DNA from: Camelus dromedarius
Lineage: Eukaryota
Assembly: GCF_036321535.1 (NCBI RefSeq)
Contig: NC_087437.1
Coordinates: forward strand, 16,184,001-16,248,000
DNA: 64,000 nucleotides
Direction: 5' to 3'
Shown here in pieces: positions 50,601 through 63,200 of the stretch. How positions within the stretch are numbered: position 1 is the first letter of the stretch; each line of letters opens with the position of its first letter. The notes below the pieces were generated by a model that saw only the letters and a list, made by a program, of their open reading frames with translations, had not been told where the DNA came from and ran no database searches. A program made the position numbers and the translations under genes.

Positions 50601-52300
50601 TTTTTTTTCTTTCTTACAATTTGTTTTTGTTTCTGTGATCTTTATGGCTAAGATATGGCCTTTTGGGGGTTTCTGGAATACTCCAGAGGTATAATAAGGA
50701 CTCTTCACCCTGACTCCATTGAAATTTGAGTGTCTCCCAGCACTGTGGGACCTCAGGTACCTCTGCTGCTCTTTTGTCCTGCAGTACCTGCTCCCTGCTA
50801 GGTAATTCAGGTCCTTGCTCTTTGTGTTCATGGTCATCCCTCCAAGCCATGTCAGCAGCCCAGTCTCCATATCTACCTCCTCAGTTCAGTGAGACATTAC
50901 TTCCTCCATCTACCCTATGGTAGGGATAGAGTCCCCAGACAGAAAGCCAGGGAACTTGGGGCCAGCTCTGGCTGAGTTTCCCTTCTCTCAGGGATTAAAG
51001 CTCTGCTCTGCTTACTTCCCAGTGCCATCAATAATCACATGTATGTGTCCACTTTTACAGATGCCGATGGTGATGTTGATGACGGTGGTGATGATGTGGC
51101 TTTGCTTTTTGCTGGGCACTCAGTTGGTCTTTTTAGTCTGGAAACACATGCCCTTCCCTTCAAGGAATTTGCCTTACTTTCTTTGATGAATGCCTCCCTT
51201 CCATTTTTTCTGTTCTCCCTTTCAGGAGTCCCTGTTATTTAGATTTTAGATCTCCAAGACATTCCTAAAATGTTCCACTATTTCTTCTCAATTATATCTC
51301 TTTTCTTGTTCTTTTTGTTGCTACTTTCTGGGAGATATCTTTAACTTTATCTTTCCTATTGGGTTTTTCACATTTTAGCATCGTATTTTAAATTTTCAGG
51401 ATTACGTTTGTGCTACCTGAATATTAATGTTTATGGCCTCCCCTTCTTTTGTTTCATGGAGATAATATCTGTATTAGCCATCAAATGATATTAATGATGG
51501 ATTTTAAAAACTTTTCTAATTCCTGCATCTCGTCCAAGTTGCTTTTTATCCTGCTTGTTTTGATCTCTATGTTTTAAGTTAGATGACTTCTTCAGTTTCT
51601 GGTGACACTTAATTGTCCACTTATGTTTAAGATTAGGAAACTGAAAGTCTGCCTGGGAGCTCTGTGTAAGTGGCTAGGTCTTCCCTGTTGTGGATGGGAA
51701 GCTTCAATTCCATTATCTTTTGGTCTGTCCACCTAAGCTGGTCATGTTCCTCAGAGAAAATTCTTCTGATCTTCTTCTTGGAAGGTCAAGTCTGGCTGCC
51801 AGGGTCCTGGGACCTGAGTGTGAAAGAGGGCTGGCAGCCTCATCATTCAGTGTACAAGCTTGCATGTAATCCCTTCTTCCCCAATGGTGACCTTGCCCTC
51901 ACACAGTTCTGATGCCCTCAAGGCAGAGAACTCTTCTCTTTTCTCCAGAAAATAAGCTCCCAATATTCTGGAAGGGTGGAGAAGGGTCAGGACTCGACCT
52001 TCCTGGAGTTGGAGGAATCTAGAACCTCATTCATTCTGATTTTAGGATTATTTTCATCCCCACTCCCAGGTGTACCAGGACCAGTGAGTCCTGAGCCTTT
52101 TGAGAGCGTGGGGGTAGAAACTGGTTTGCTTTGCAGCTTTTCCCACTGTGACATTTAGATCCAGCTTTCTTTATGCTAAGTCAAATGTGACCTGTACACC
52201 TGCAATCCAGCTTCCAAAAATGTTGTTGGTGCTGCTTCTTTTATAATCTCTTTGTCCTTGAAGGTGTATGTCTTTTATTTTTTTAAATATCATTTCAGTA
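50600..52300 (-). mobile_element. Old L1 5'/ORF1-like and HAL1-like antisense relics
   Basis: ttagtctggaaacacatgcccttcccttcagg...ctccctttcaggagtccctgttatttagattttagatctcc...tttctgggagatatctttaactttatcttt, antisense ORF1-type sequence. Confidence 0.55.
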
Positions 52301-54563
52301 GGTTTTTGGAGAAGACCCCTATGTTTTTTTAAATGACAGATAAAATGATAGCTTGATACCTAACGCTAGATCTGGTTGCCCACAGTTACCAATGGAAAAC
52401 AAGCAGGCAGACTTGACAGGTTTTCAAAACACATGCAGGGCTAGGATGGATATAAACCTTTCCCCCCGAAACTCCACAGCAGTAGACTTAGAGGGTAAGC
52501 CTTACACTTGAAGGTATGAAGAAAAGGATGTCTACCCATTATAGATGGAGAGCTTAGAAAACTCATTGTCACACGAATTGGCTATTGATTTACGTACAGT
52601 TGTTTTCCCAAATGTTCAGAGAAAATGTGGGAAGCAGAGCCACAGTAGACCACATAAGGGAGTGGGCATTTGGGACCCATCCAGGAATCCACCTGTGTCT
52701 ATAACAGCCCTTGCCTCCTGGCCTCACCCACATTCTGAGCTTAATACCTGCAAAGCCCCTCTCTGGCTCTTGGTCACAGCTACCTCAACTCAGACCCAGC
52801 AGGAAGTTGCTGTTTCACCACTATGCCTGGTTGATGGAAGAAGCATTCTAGGGTCTAGGTTACCTTATTCAGGACTCTGTGGCTAGCTATGTTCTCAGCC
52901 ACAGCCCTCAGCCTCTAGTCATTTGGGAAAGTAATTACAGTAGCCATCAGCTATTTCCAGAAGACTTGAGGAGAGAGTATTTCTCTAAGACCTTTTTTCC
53001 TAAGAAAGCAAACACGCTTGCCATGACCTGCAACCCTCGGAAGATGGGAAGGGGCCTTCGTACAAATGGACCATCATATCAAGGTGACTGTGCCTCTTAA
53101 TTCAAAAGGTAGGTCTCCCCCTGGTGCTGGGCTCTGGGCACTACACCTACCTCACCCTCCCTGGTGCATCCTGCACCCAGTCTCCCTGGGACCACAGCCC
53201 CCAGGACACAAGCCTGAAAAACACACCTAGTCTGAAGCAGCCTTCAGCCTCCAGCCTCCAGAAATCCATGGGCATGGACAGGTCCGCTTCTCAGTCCTGC
53301 CCTTCCCGTTTTCCCCCAGGGAACACCAGTAAATATAGAAAGGACTGGGGTAGGGGGGCATTATCAGGTAAAATTTTCTTCTGCAGGTTGAGAGATTACA
53401 ATTTGATTCTGTCTTCAGTGCTGCGTTATGATACAGCAATGTCATGATCACTTCACAGCCATGGAAAGAGATATTTTCACTGGCATCTTTCATTTCTGAT
53501 GCCCTCATCCTCATGTGTCTGCCTGCTGACAAACCAGAGCTGTCACAGCCACCTGTCACTGCGGGGGGAAAAATACCTTTTTGACAACTGTGTCTTCCTC
53601 TAGAAGATACTCTTTGTACCCGACGCCTGCTTCCCAACTTGTGCTTGTGACACTTCTGGTATTTCAAAGAGCCTCATGAAATTCTCCAAAAAGGAATCTC
53701 AAACCCAATTAATTTAAATTCATTTTCATGTTGAATGTGCAGCATGACATATTTAGGAAGGAGGACGTGCATCATAAAGTTAAGCAATGGGAGGGCCTTA
53801 TTATAAAGAAGCAACCTCCCTTATTAAAAGGAAGCCCAGAAACTTCTAAGAACCTAAGCAGAGAAGGGCACCAGGAGGTGGCACATTGCAGCTGGGGCAG
53901 GGGTGGGTGGAGGATGCTTGGTTCTAATTCTGATGCTAGCGTCATGCTGGTAGAGAAACAGTCCTTTCTATTTCCCTTTAAATGACACCACCCAATGCTA
54001 ATAACAACCTGCCCTTCCCTCCGCCAGTCTCACCTACCCCCTCGGATAACATGCCAATGCCATGTGGAGCCCCAGGAGTTCTCTACTGCATGACAGAATC
54101 CAAGCTTGCATGCTCTATCTCCTGATTCCTGTGTCAGGCTGCTTTTTTGACTTTTGTTTTAATAAAGACCAACAGAAAATATTGTTTACAGAGGACACAT
54201 TCAGTAGGGAATTTCTCGTTCTCCAAGTTCAATAGCAACGTCTTGGTGTCAGATTCGGGATGGTGGCCAGTGTGTACACAGTGTCCTTCCTCCTGCAAAA
54301 TCCCGCAGATGTGTCAAAGACATTTGGAAAAAAAAAATCCATGACGGCCTTAAATATGTGGAAGAGTATCATCGATGGAACAGAAATTATAAAAAATGTA
54401 TGGGCGATGGAGTACAGATGTGGCTGATTGTTGCAACTCAAAACCACGAGGGAGAAGCCTCGAGCAGCTGTAAGCACAGGACCTCCCAGGGGAGCCCCAG
54501 AGGGTCTCCAGCTTGAGTTTGGCTGTAGAGTGACAATCAGGACTGTTAGTTGGAGGACTGTCT

Positions 54564-55245
54564 ACAGCAGCGGTTTCCAAATTGTTTTGAGTCACGTACT
54601 CTTTCACTTAAAAAGAATTAAGCACACATGCACAGTTTATGTAAATGTATCTATCTATAAATTATATACATATGTTATATTCACTAGCAAATATGTCTAC
54701 GCAATTTATATTTAGTCGAGATTAATCATTAATGATCATCAGTGAGACTGCATCATCTAAGAAGTCATGATAGTTTGAAAGTTAGGGACCAAATTCTCAT
54801 CAGATCTCATAAAAGCATCATGCTTGTCATCACATAATATAGTTAATTAAAGTTAGGCGTATTGGCTTTGCTATTCTCAAGTTGTTTCTTAGTGTTGGCA
54901 TTTTAAAATTTTCTTGGATTCACATTTCCTATGCCAAAAATTTTAATCACTTAACCATTTTGAAAGGATTAGATTCTTTAAAAATGGAATCTATTATCCA
55001 TAAATCTCCTTAACCAAGAAGATATAAACTGGAATTCACCACAAGACAATTAAACAAGCAAACGAGTAGATTAAGAAACTCTGTCTTATTCAGGAATGAC
55101 AATCCATATGTTAAAATTAGTAAGCCTTATTGTTTTTCATATTTGAGATAAAATTCATGTCAGTGAAAGTTAAGCTTTTCTTTGCACACCCAGTGAAGCC
55201 ACTTGCACAGTCCTCAAGAGGGCACCCCCCACTAGTATCCACTGA
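54564..55245. mobile_element. Probable hAT-Charlie DNA transposon remnant
   Basis: Starts cagcggtttccaaa (Charlie-like terminus), has an AT-rich body and ends ...gcacacccagtg...ccactg. Confidence 0.45.
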
Positions 55246-56059
55246 GGGCTTATCCTCTGGGCTAGTTGGCCCTGTGCCTTCCTGAGTCACAAGGAAGTTG
55301 GCTGCAGCTTCTGTACCTGGCTGGCGCCGTGGCCACAGTGTGGATGTTGGGGAAAGTGGAGAGGAGAGTCCAGGCGCCTCCTAACCTCCTTAGCAGACCA
55401 ACAGACAGAAACAGAGCATCTCCACTCAAGAATAAAATGCAGTAAAGTTCTGTGACAGGGGTCAAGGCCAGTTATGGAGTGGTGGGAATCATGAACCTGC
55501 CCGTCAGCCCAGGCTCAACATCCGTACTCCCCCTGAGGCCTTGCCCACCGTGGCAAAGGGTCCCTTGTGCACCTCCTGTACCAAACAGCCTTGTCTTTGT
55601 TTCATAAACATGAAAAGTCAGCCAGGGCTCACAAGGCCTTTAAGGAAGATCAACAGCATGAAAGAGGAAGCCCAAATGAACCAAGACAACAACAAATTAA
55701 AGAAATCAAGGAAAGAAAGTGAGTTTAAAATTGTCCTTCTTACTTGAATAGTTAGAGTCTTTTGAGAAAATATTTGAAGAGAGCAATCTGAGGGAAAAAG
55801 AACTATTGAAAATTTGAATTCTGAAAACTGAAATAACAATTAAATAGCAGAGCAGAAAAAAAGAAGAATTAACATAAATGAAAGCCAAAATAGTAGATGG
55901 AAAGACAAGGAAATCTTCCATAGCAAAAAGGCAGAAATGGAAAATTAAAAAGTAAAGATTTTTAAACGTGAAGAAAACAGAGTCCAAAGTACATTTAATA
56001 GTAATTCCAGTAGGAGAGACCAAAGTCAATGAAGATGAGGAAACCATCAAAGAAAAATG

Positions 56060-58030
56060 CTGGAGTCACCTTCAGTCCAGACATGATGGTGTAAGCCTGA
56101 TTTGCCTGCCTCTTTCATTCTAAGCACAGCTATAAACCCTGGAAATGGAACACAGGACAACCAAAGAAGATCTCTGAAAGGTGGTAAGAGAAAGGTAAAT
56201 CGGTTTGGAACTTCAGGCTAGAGCAACAACACGGAGGCAGGGCATTTGCATCCCCCCACCCAACATAAGAAGGCTACCCAGACCTGGTATTTCCCAGCCC
56301 CCAATCTCACAGTACAAAGCAACCGAGGTAGGTTCCTTCTTCCCCTGGATCCAACAGGAGCCCCTCTGACAACGTCAGGTGAGCCCAACACACCTGGCAA
56401 GGGGGATTCATCAGGAGCCAGGGGAGGCATTCTCTTTTTCCCTCAGGCCTGAGATTCCTCTTTTCCACAAAAAGACATAAGAAGTGGGCAGGTGATTTAC
56501 AGCAACATGGATGGACCTGGAGATTGTCATTCTAAGTGAAATAAGCCAGAAAGAGAAAGAAAAATACCATATGATATCACTCATATGTAGAATCCAAAAA
56601 AAAAAAAAAAAAGAAGGAGAAGAAGAAAGAAGAGGACACTAATGAACTCATCTACAAAACAGAAACAAACTCTTAGACATAGTAAGCAATCATATGGTTA
56701 CCAGAGGGAAGGGGGTGGAAAGGGATAAATTTGGGAGTTTGAGATTTGCAAATGTTAATCACTATATATAAAAATAGATTAAAAACAAATTTCTTCTGTG
56801 TAGCACAGGGAACTATATTCAATATCTTGTAATAACCTTTAATGAAAAAGAATATGAAAACGAATATATGTATGTATATACATGATTGGGACATTTTGCT
56901 GACACCAGAAATCAACACATTGTAACTGACTGTACTTCAATAAAAAAAAAAGTGGGTAGGTGGAGCCAGCAGGAGAGACACAGTTACAGCAGGCAGCTTG
57001 ATCTAGGAAGAATCTTTGTCCCCATGAGCCCAAGACTTTCCTCCCCAGCCCAGAGACACCTGGGAATGGGAAGTGGGTGATGATGTGAAGGGTGAGAGAG
57101 AACTGGGAGGGGATCCCACTATGCCCCTCCCCCACCCAGAGCCACCTGGTGATCCCACCTGAGGAATCTCCTTCTGTCTCCCTAAGGCAGCACCAGCAAG
57201 GATCAGTGGGAACCCCAGTGGCACCAGATAAAACTGCAGACTGAAATAACACTACAAAGACTTTGATTAATTAGTCTACCTTTGGAACCACAGCCCACAA
57301 AAGTAAGCCAAGACCTACATGCTAAGCCTAAACAGGATGCCTGCCTCTCAGGTGTAGAAAGAGAGAGGGGCTGAGTCTTTGAAGAAATCATGGCTGAAAA
57401 CTTTCCAAATTTGGTTTAAGATACAAACTTCCAGATCCAAGATGCTAAGTAAACATCAAAAAAGATAAACTCAAAGAAATCCATCCCAAGACATCATAAT
57501 TAAACTTTTTAAAATTAAAGGAAAAAATCTTTGAAACAGTCACAACACATTATGTGTAGGAGAACACCCATTTGGATGACAGTGGATTTTCCACCTGAAA
57601 CCCTGGAGGCCAGAAAGAAGAGGCACAATATTTTTGAAGTACTAAGAAAAAGAATTGTGAACTGCAAGTGTACTATCTACTGACATTATCCTTCAGACAT
57701 GAAGGGGAAATATAAACATTCTCAGACAAAGGAAAATTTTAAAAAATTGTCATTAGCAAACATGTCCTTAAAGACTGGCTAAAGAAATTTCTTCAAACAG
57801 AAAGAAAACTTTAAAAAAATGAAGGAAACTTGAGATTTTAGGAAACAAGGACAATGAAAGGAGCAGAAGTATGAGTGTATCCAATAGACATTTTCCTCAT
57901 GAGTTTTATAAATCATAATGATGACTGAAATAAAAATTATAACAGTATCTCATGCCCAAGACAATGATATTTGAAAGTGGAGAAGGTAAGGGGATCTAAG
58001 TGGAATAAAGTGGTGAAATGTTGGTACCAG
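56060..58030 (+). mobile_element. Old L1 (L1MD-like) 5' UTR, ORF1 and inter-ORF region
   Basis: 5' UTR-like aaccctggaaatggaacacaggacaaccaaagaagatctctgaaaggtgg. ORF1 remnants tttgaagaaatcatggctgaaaactttccaaatttgg and ctggaggccagaaagaagaggcacaatatttttgaagtact. Confidence 0.75.
56495..56950 (+). mobile_element. Young (camelid-type) L1 3' end with TSD
   Basis: atttacagcaacatggatggacctggagattgtcattctaagtgaa...gactgtacttcaataaaaaaaaaa. TSD aagtgggcaggtg (56482-56494) and aagtgggtaggtg (56950-56962). Confidence 0.95.
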
Positions 58031-58031
58031 T

Positions 58032-58348
58032 TGTGGTAGGCTAGGTAATTAGCCCAATGATGCTCATGTCCTAATCCCCAGAACCTGTGAATTTGTCACT
58101 TTACATAGAGAAAGGGACTTTGTAGATGTGAGTAAGTTAAGGATCCTGAGATGGAGATATTAACCCTGGATTATCTAGGTGGACCCAATGTAATCATAAG
58201 GCTCCTCATTATAAGGAGGGAGGGTGATCACAGTCAGAGAGAGAAGACGTAAGGATAGAAGCAGAGGCAAGAGAGGAGAGAAGAGGCTACACTGCTGGCT
58301 TTAAATGTGGAGGAAGGTACCAGGCCAAAGAATGCAGGCACTCTTCAG
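58032..58348 (+). mobile_element. MLT1D LTR, 5' part only
   Basis: tgtggtaggc...gtcctaatccccagaacctgtgaat...gggactttgtagatgtgagtaagttaaggatcctgagatgg...ctggattatctaggtggacccaatgtaatca. Confidence 0.9.
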
Positions 58349-58349
58349 G

Positions 58350-59445
58350 GGTTATCCTTTACAACCTTGGATTTAGCAACGAATTATTAGATGTGACACC
58401 AAAAGAACAAGCAACAAAAGTAAACAACAAATAAGTTGGACATCACCAAAATTTAAAACTTTTATGCTGTAAAAGAGACAATCAAAAGAAAGAAAAGACA
58501 ACCTACAGAATGGGAGAACATATTTTCAAATCATATGTATGATAAGCATCTAGTATCTAAATCACACAAAGAACTCAACAACCAAAGGACAGACAGCTTA
58601 ATTAAGAAATAGACAAATGACTTGAATAGACATCTCATCTCTCATAAAAAGAGATACAGTTGGCCAACAAGCACATGAAAAGACGCTCAGCGTCATTAGT
58701 CTTCAGGGAAATGCAAATCAATACCACAGTGAGATACCACTTCACACCCACTACAATGACGATAATCAAAAAGCGGAAAATAACAAGTGTTGGTGAAGAT
58801 GCAGGGAATTTAGAATGCTTGCGTATTGCTGATAAGAATGGTGCAGTGGCTGTGGAAACCAATTTTACGCTTCCTCAAAAAGCTGAGCATAGAATTACCA
58901 CATGACCCAGCAATATCACTCCTGGGTACATATCCGAAAGATTTAAAAACAGGATGCAAACCAAAACTTGTACATAAACGTTCATAAGCATCACTGTTCA
59001 CAATAACCGAAAGGTGGAAATAACCCAAATGTCCATCAACTGATAAATGAATAAACAAAAATGTGGTCTATCCGATACAATGAAATAGTATTCAGCCATA
59101 AAAAGGAATGAAGTACAGATACATGCTACAACATGAATGCACCTCAAAAACATTACACTAAGTGAAAGAAGCCAGATACAAAATGTCACATATTGTATGA
59201 TTCCATTTATATAAAGATCCAGAATAGGTAAATCCATAGAGACATAAAGCAGATTAATGTTCCCTGGGGGCTCTGCGGAGGGGCATTGAAGAGAGACTGC
59301 TTAATAGGTTTGGGTTTCTTTTTGGAGTAATGGAAATATTTTGAATCCAGTAGAGCTGATGGTTGCACATTGTCAGTGTACTAAGTAGAACTGGACTGCA
59401 CACTTTAAAATAGTTAATTTTATGTTATGTGAGTGTTACTCTAAG
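58350..59445 (+). mobile_element. L1MB-type ORF2 C-terminus and 3' UTR
   Basis: ORF 58660-58905 MANKHMKRRSASLVFREMQINTTVRYHFTP..SVGEDAGNLE is L1 ORF2 C-terminal. 3' UTR agtgaaagaagccagatacaaaatgtcacatattgtatgattcc. Confidence 0.92.
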
Positions 59446-59900
59446 AGAAAAGCCAATCTCATACTGCATGGTTACATACTGTACAACTACATACTGTCAA
59501 GTTCATTTAAATAATGTTTTTGAAATCACAAAATCTTAGAAATGGAGGACAGATTACAGGTTGTAGAGGGAGGGATATAGATGGGAAACAGGTATTATTA
59601 AGGGGCTACACAAGGAATCCCTGTGGTATTGGAAGTGTTTAGTATCTCAGCCACGGTGGTGGGTGCGCAAGCCTTCACAAATGATAACATTGTATTGAGA
59701 CTCACATACAGGTGTACACACACATGCATGGCTACAACCAGGGAAATCCAAATAAAAATGGTGTGTTGGCTCAGCGTCAGTATTTCGAGTATGATGTGAT
59801 ACTGTAGTTCTGCAAAATGTTGGGGAAACCTGGCGAAGAGTACAAGAGATCGCTATGTATTATCTAAAACTGCATATGAGTCTATGAAAATCTCAATTGT
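59446..59900 (+). mobile_element. L1MD-like 3' end
   Basis: aaagccaatctc...ggttacatactg...ggaatccctgtggtattggaagtgttt...gatactgtagttctgcaaaatgttggggaaacctgg...aactgcatatgagtcta. Confidence 0.75.
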
Positions 59901-60519
59901 GGGTATTCTTATGGTGAGGGGATACATACAATAAACAATAACAAAATATTTATAATATGTAATTGAAAGCTATATAACTATAGAGTAACTGGGAGCAATA
60001 CTTTATTAGGTTAGTTAGAAAGACCTATCCAATAGCATCGTTTAACCAAATTTTAAACAAGAGAAAACTAATGTTGTAATAGTCATTTCACACAAGATAT
60101 TATATATAGGAGTAAACATAACAGGGGTAGAGAATAATTACACAAAATGATAAAAGGAACAATATAGAAATAAGATACAACAATCATGAACTGTCAAGAA
60201 AGATCCTATTACAGAATTTGCCTGATTAAGAGCATGTAACTCCATAATGGTTAAATGAAGGCAGACTCACCCTCTACTAATGAAAAAATAATTCCAACCA
60301 AGACAATGGCCACTTTTATAAATTCTTTCTGAACTATAGCAGCTCGCCATAGTGTAATATATACCAACACAGATCCTGTTTGCAGAGCAGAACTGAGGCA
60401 GTAAGCCAAGAGGTGAGGGGGAGCAGCAGACTTGCAGGGTTTTTGTGAAGATTAAACGAGGTCATATTACTTCCTCATAGGTCTGATTTGCCATTTAGCA
60501 CATAGTAGACATTTGTGTT

Positions 60520-60885
60520 TGTCAGGATAGTATAAGCAATGCTGCGGTAACAGATTCCCACGTCTCAGGGTCTTAACATGAAAAGGTTTATTTATTACTC
60601 AGATAAATTGTAATGCAGATCTTGTAGCCCTCGTCCATCTTGTAGCTAAAACACGTGGAATACGTGATCACAAGGACAATGCAGCAAGGAAAGAAAGGTT
60701 GGGAGGATTTTGTAAAATGTTTGTAAGTGCGAGCCGGGGACCAGCTCATAACATCACTTCCACCTGCCTCCCACTGGTCAGAATTCTGTCACATGGTTGT
60801 AAACTAACCGCAGAGGGAGCTGGAGCATGTGATCTTCCTGTGTGTCCAAGAAGACAAAACAGCACAGAGACCACAGATCACTACG
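60520..60885 (-). mobile_element. MLT1I/J-type MaLR LTR
   Basis: gtcaggatagtataagcaatgctgcggtaaca...aggtttatttattactc...catcacttccacctgcctcccactggtcagaattctgtcacatgg. Confidence 0.75.
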
Positions 60886-61569
60886 GGGCCACAGCATTCA
60901 ATACATGGACACCCTGCCCTCCTGCTACAGCTACTGTTTTCACTGCTGTTACTTTTAACGCCCTAAGAATAAGGACAGGGCCACCTAACACTTGTTGCCA
61001 GGCATCGGGAGCTTTCAGTTTGCATAAAAATGCTACCAAATAAGTGTATTGTTTAAATCAAGATGCAAAAATATTGAAATCGCCTGTAGTCACCAGCTGG
61101 TACATACCTGTCTTACTACCAGTCCTTCCCCTACTTGAAAGACAGCGTGCCCTTCACGGGGCTGGGCAGCCCCATTGCAGGCTCCTGGGAGATAGCAGTC
61201 TTCTCAGCTCTAAGAGACCTGCCTGGTACGTGAGCACTGGAGCATCCATAGAAAACTTCCTTCCATGGCAATTTTTTCTTTGATTTACTGGCTGTGTTAA
61301 AAATATTGTTCTATAATGGTCAAGTCTGGAGGATGTTGTCCTTAAAAGAGAAAACTGCTCTAAATAAGAATGCGTAATCCTAGAATCCTTTCTCTCCCAA
61401 TGAGATGGTTCTCCTGGATTTTGTTCCCCTTGCAAGCACACCGAAAAAGCTGCTTCAGTCTGTAATTTCCCAGTTACCTCCTCCAGTGTTAGCTGAGAGC
61501 AGAGAAGGAAGACGGGATCATGAGGCTCATAACATTTGATCTTTTCCAGGCTTCAGCAAACCTGTGAAT

Positions 61570-62560
61570 CACTTCCATACGCCAGATCAATATCGGGTGT
61601 CACCTGCTGGCAGGTAAGGGCAATTCGATGGCTTTTCTAATACCTCGCAGGCATCGATTTCCCCACGTGTCAGGAGAGGGGGGACTGAATAGGAAATGGA
61701 GGAGCAGGGAAAGGCAGAGAAGCCATGCAGTCCTGCAGGTCGCCCCAGGAGACCCCAGGGCTCGCACCTGCCCTGACTGCACGCCAGTTTCCCAGCCTCC
61801 CCCAGCCAGGACCGCTGCCCTCGGAGCCTGCCCAGGTCCACAAGCCAGGAGCACACGGCTTCGCACCCATGTACGAGCGTGCACCTGGACCGCCCATTCA
61901 CCAGCTGAAATCGGGCAGTTCTGCTTTCGCTGTGTGAAAGGGCTGAGTGACCCAGATGGCGTGACTACAAGCTGCTTTCAGAGGACGAGGACGCGAGGCA
62001 GGAAACATGGTTCTCAAAATCTGGTCCCCGAACAGCAGTATGCACATCACTCGGGAACTTGTTAGACATGCACTTTCTCAGACCCCACCCCTGACCGGCG
62101 GGATCGGAGTCTCTAGGGGTGGGGCCCAGCCCTCTGTGTTGTAACCAGCCCGAGAAGATCGGGAGGCAACTGCAGTGCGGGAATCACCGCACCAACAGAC
62201 ACCGAGAACGGCCGTGCTCCCCGTTTCCCTGAAGTGAAAAGCAGGGCCCAGGGCAAGGGAGGGCCGCGGCACGTCGGGCTGGGAGCCCAGCCTCCGGACC
62301 TTACACAGGTTCCCTCTGGGTAGCTGACCAGGTGGACGGAGCTGAGTGGGGCCTCCGGACCACAAAGGGGCAGCACAGACGCAGAGCTGAAGCCCAGAGC
62401 GTAAGGGCGGCCCCGCAGTCGTCGCTGGGAGGCCCTCCTGCGAGCCGGGGGGGGGGGGGGGGCACAGGGAGCGGGAGGCGCTTCTCAGCGGACGGTGACC
62501 CCTGCCCAGAGGGTGAGTGGGCGGAGGGCATTGAAAGTCCCACCAACGCAGTTGTTGCTG
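61570..62560. promoter_or_regulatory. CpG-enriched, GC-rich patch (candidate orphan CpG island), includes a G16 run at 62447-62462
   Basis: CpG density is visibly far above the rest of the window, especially 62080-62530. No gene structure is visible nearby. Confidence 0.4.
62006..62189 (+). mobile_element. MER5A DNA transposon (GC-shifted copy)
   Basis: tggttctcaaaatctggtccccgaacagcag...cgggaacttgttagacatgcac...ggggtggggcccagccctctgtgttgtaaccagccc. Confidence 0.88.
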
Positions 62561-62744
62561 AACTGAATCCCAAACAAACCCATAGATGCATTTGTTATGG
62601 GGAAGCACACCCAGGCTTACTAATGGAGGGTGCTTCTTCCCTGAGAAAGGGGAAAGGCGGGGGATGAGCTCATTTATCCTGTATCCCTGGATTCTGTCCT
62701 GCTCCCCTGCCCCTTCAGGCCTGGCCATCTCTCACCCTGTCTAG

Positions 62745-63200
62745 TACAGGAGCTTCCTACAGCTTGCCTCCCCCAGTGTCGCTGTCCTCTAGTCATTCTC
62801 CATCCAGAGCTGGAGAGAGGGGTCTCTCATCTGACCATGCCTCTCCCTTGCTTAAAATCTCTCCCCAGCCTCCCACTGCTCCAGGAGGAAATCTACCTCA
62901 CTCGCTGACATATTCAGCCCTGGGTAGCTGAACCCTGACTTTCTCCAGGGTCCCCTCCTGCCACTTTCCTGCCAGGGTCCCCGCCTGGCAGAGGAGAGTC
63001 TTTGTGGTACCAGGGATGCTGTTCCCTCACACCCTTGTCACTTAATTTCTGCTTCTTTCAATATTCAGGTTGAGATCCATTCATCCAAAGAGTCAAAACC
63101 CCTTGCCCCCATCAGCACTGTCACAGCAGCTGTACACATGTCTAACACAGCCCTGGTCATGGTCTTGAAATATATTTGTCTGTCTCCGAGTGCAGAATAA
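62745..63200 (+). mobile_element. L2 LINE fragment
   Basis: cattctccatccagagc...catctgaccatgcctctcccttgcttaaaatctctccc...ttctgcttctttcaatattcaggttgagat. Confidence 0.7.

Noticed and set aside
16005..56950. Similarity among 4972, 16005, 26848, 41621 and 56495 as a segmental duplication
   Set aside because: They are independent L1 3'-end insertions with different truncation points, orientations and TSDs, and unrelated flanks.
58660..58905. Functional L1 ORF2 CDS
   Set aside because: A short fragment of a truncated, stop-interrupted old L1.
62078..62728. 216-aa ORF and overlapping ORFs
   Set aside because: Explained by stop-codon scarcity in GC-rich DNA. It runs through a MER5A and a G16 homopolymer.
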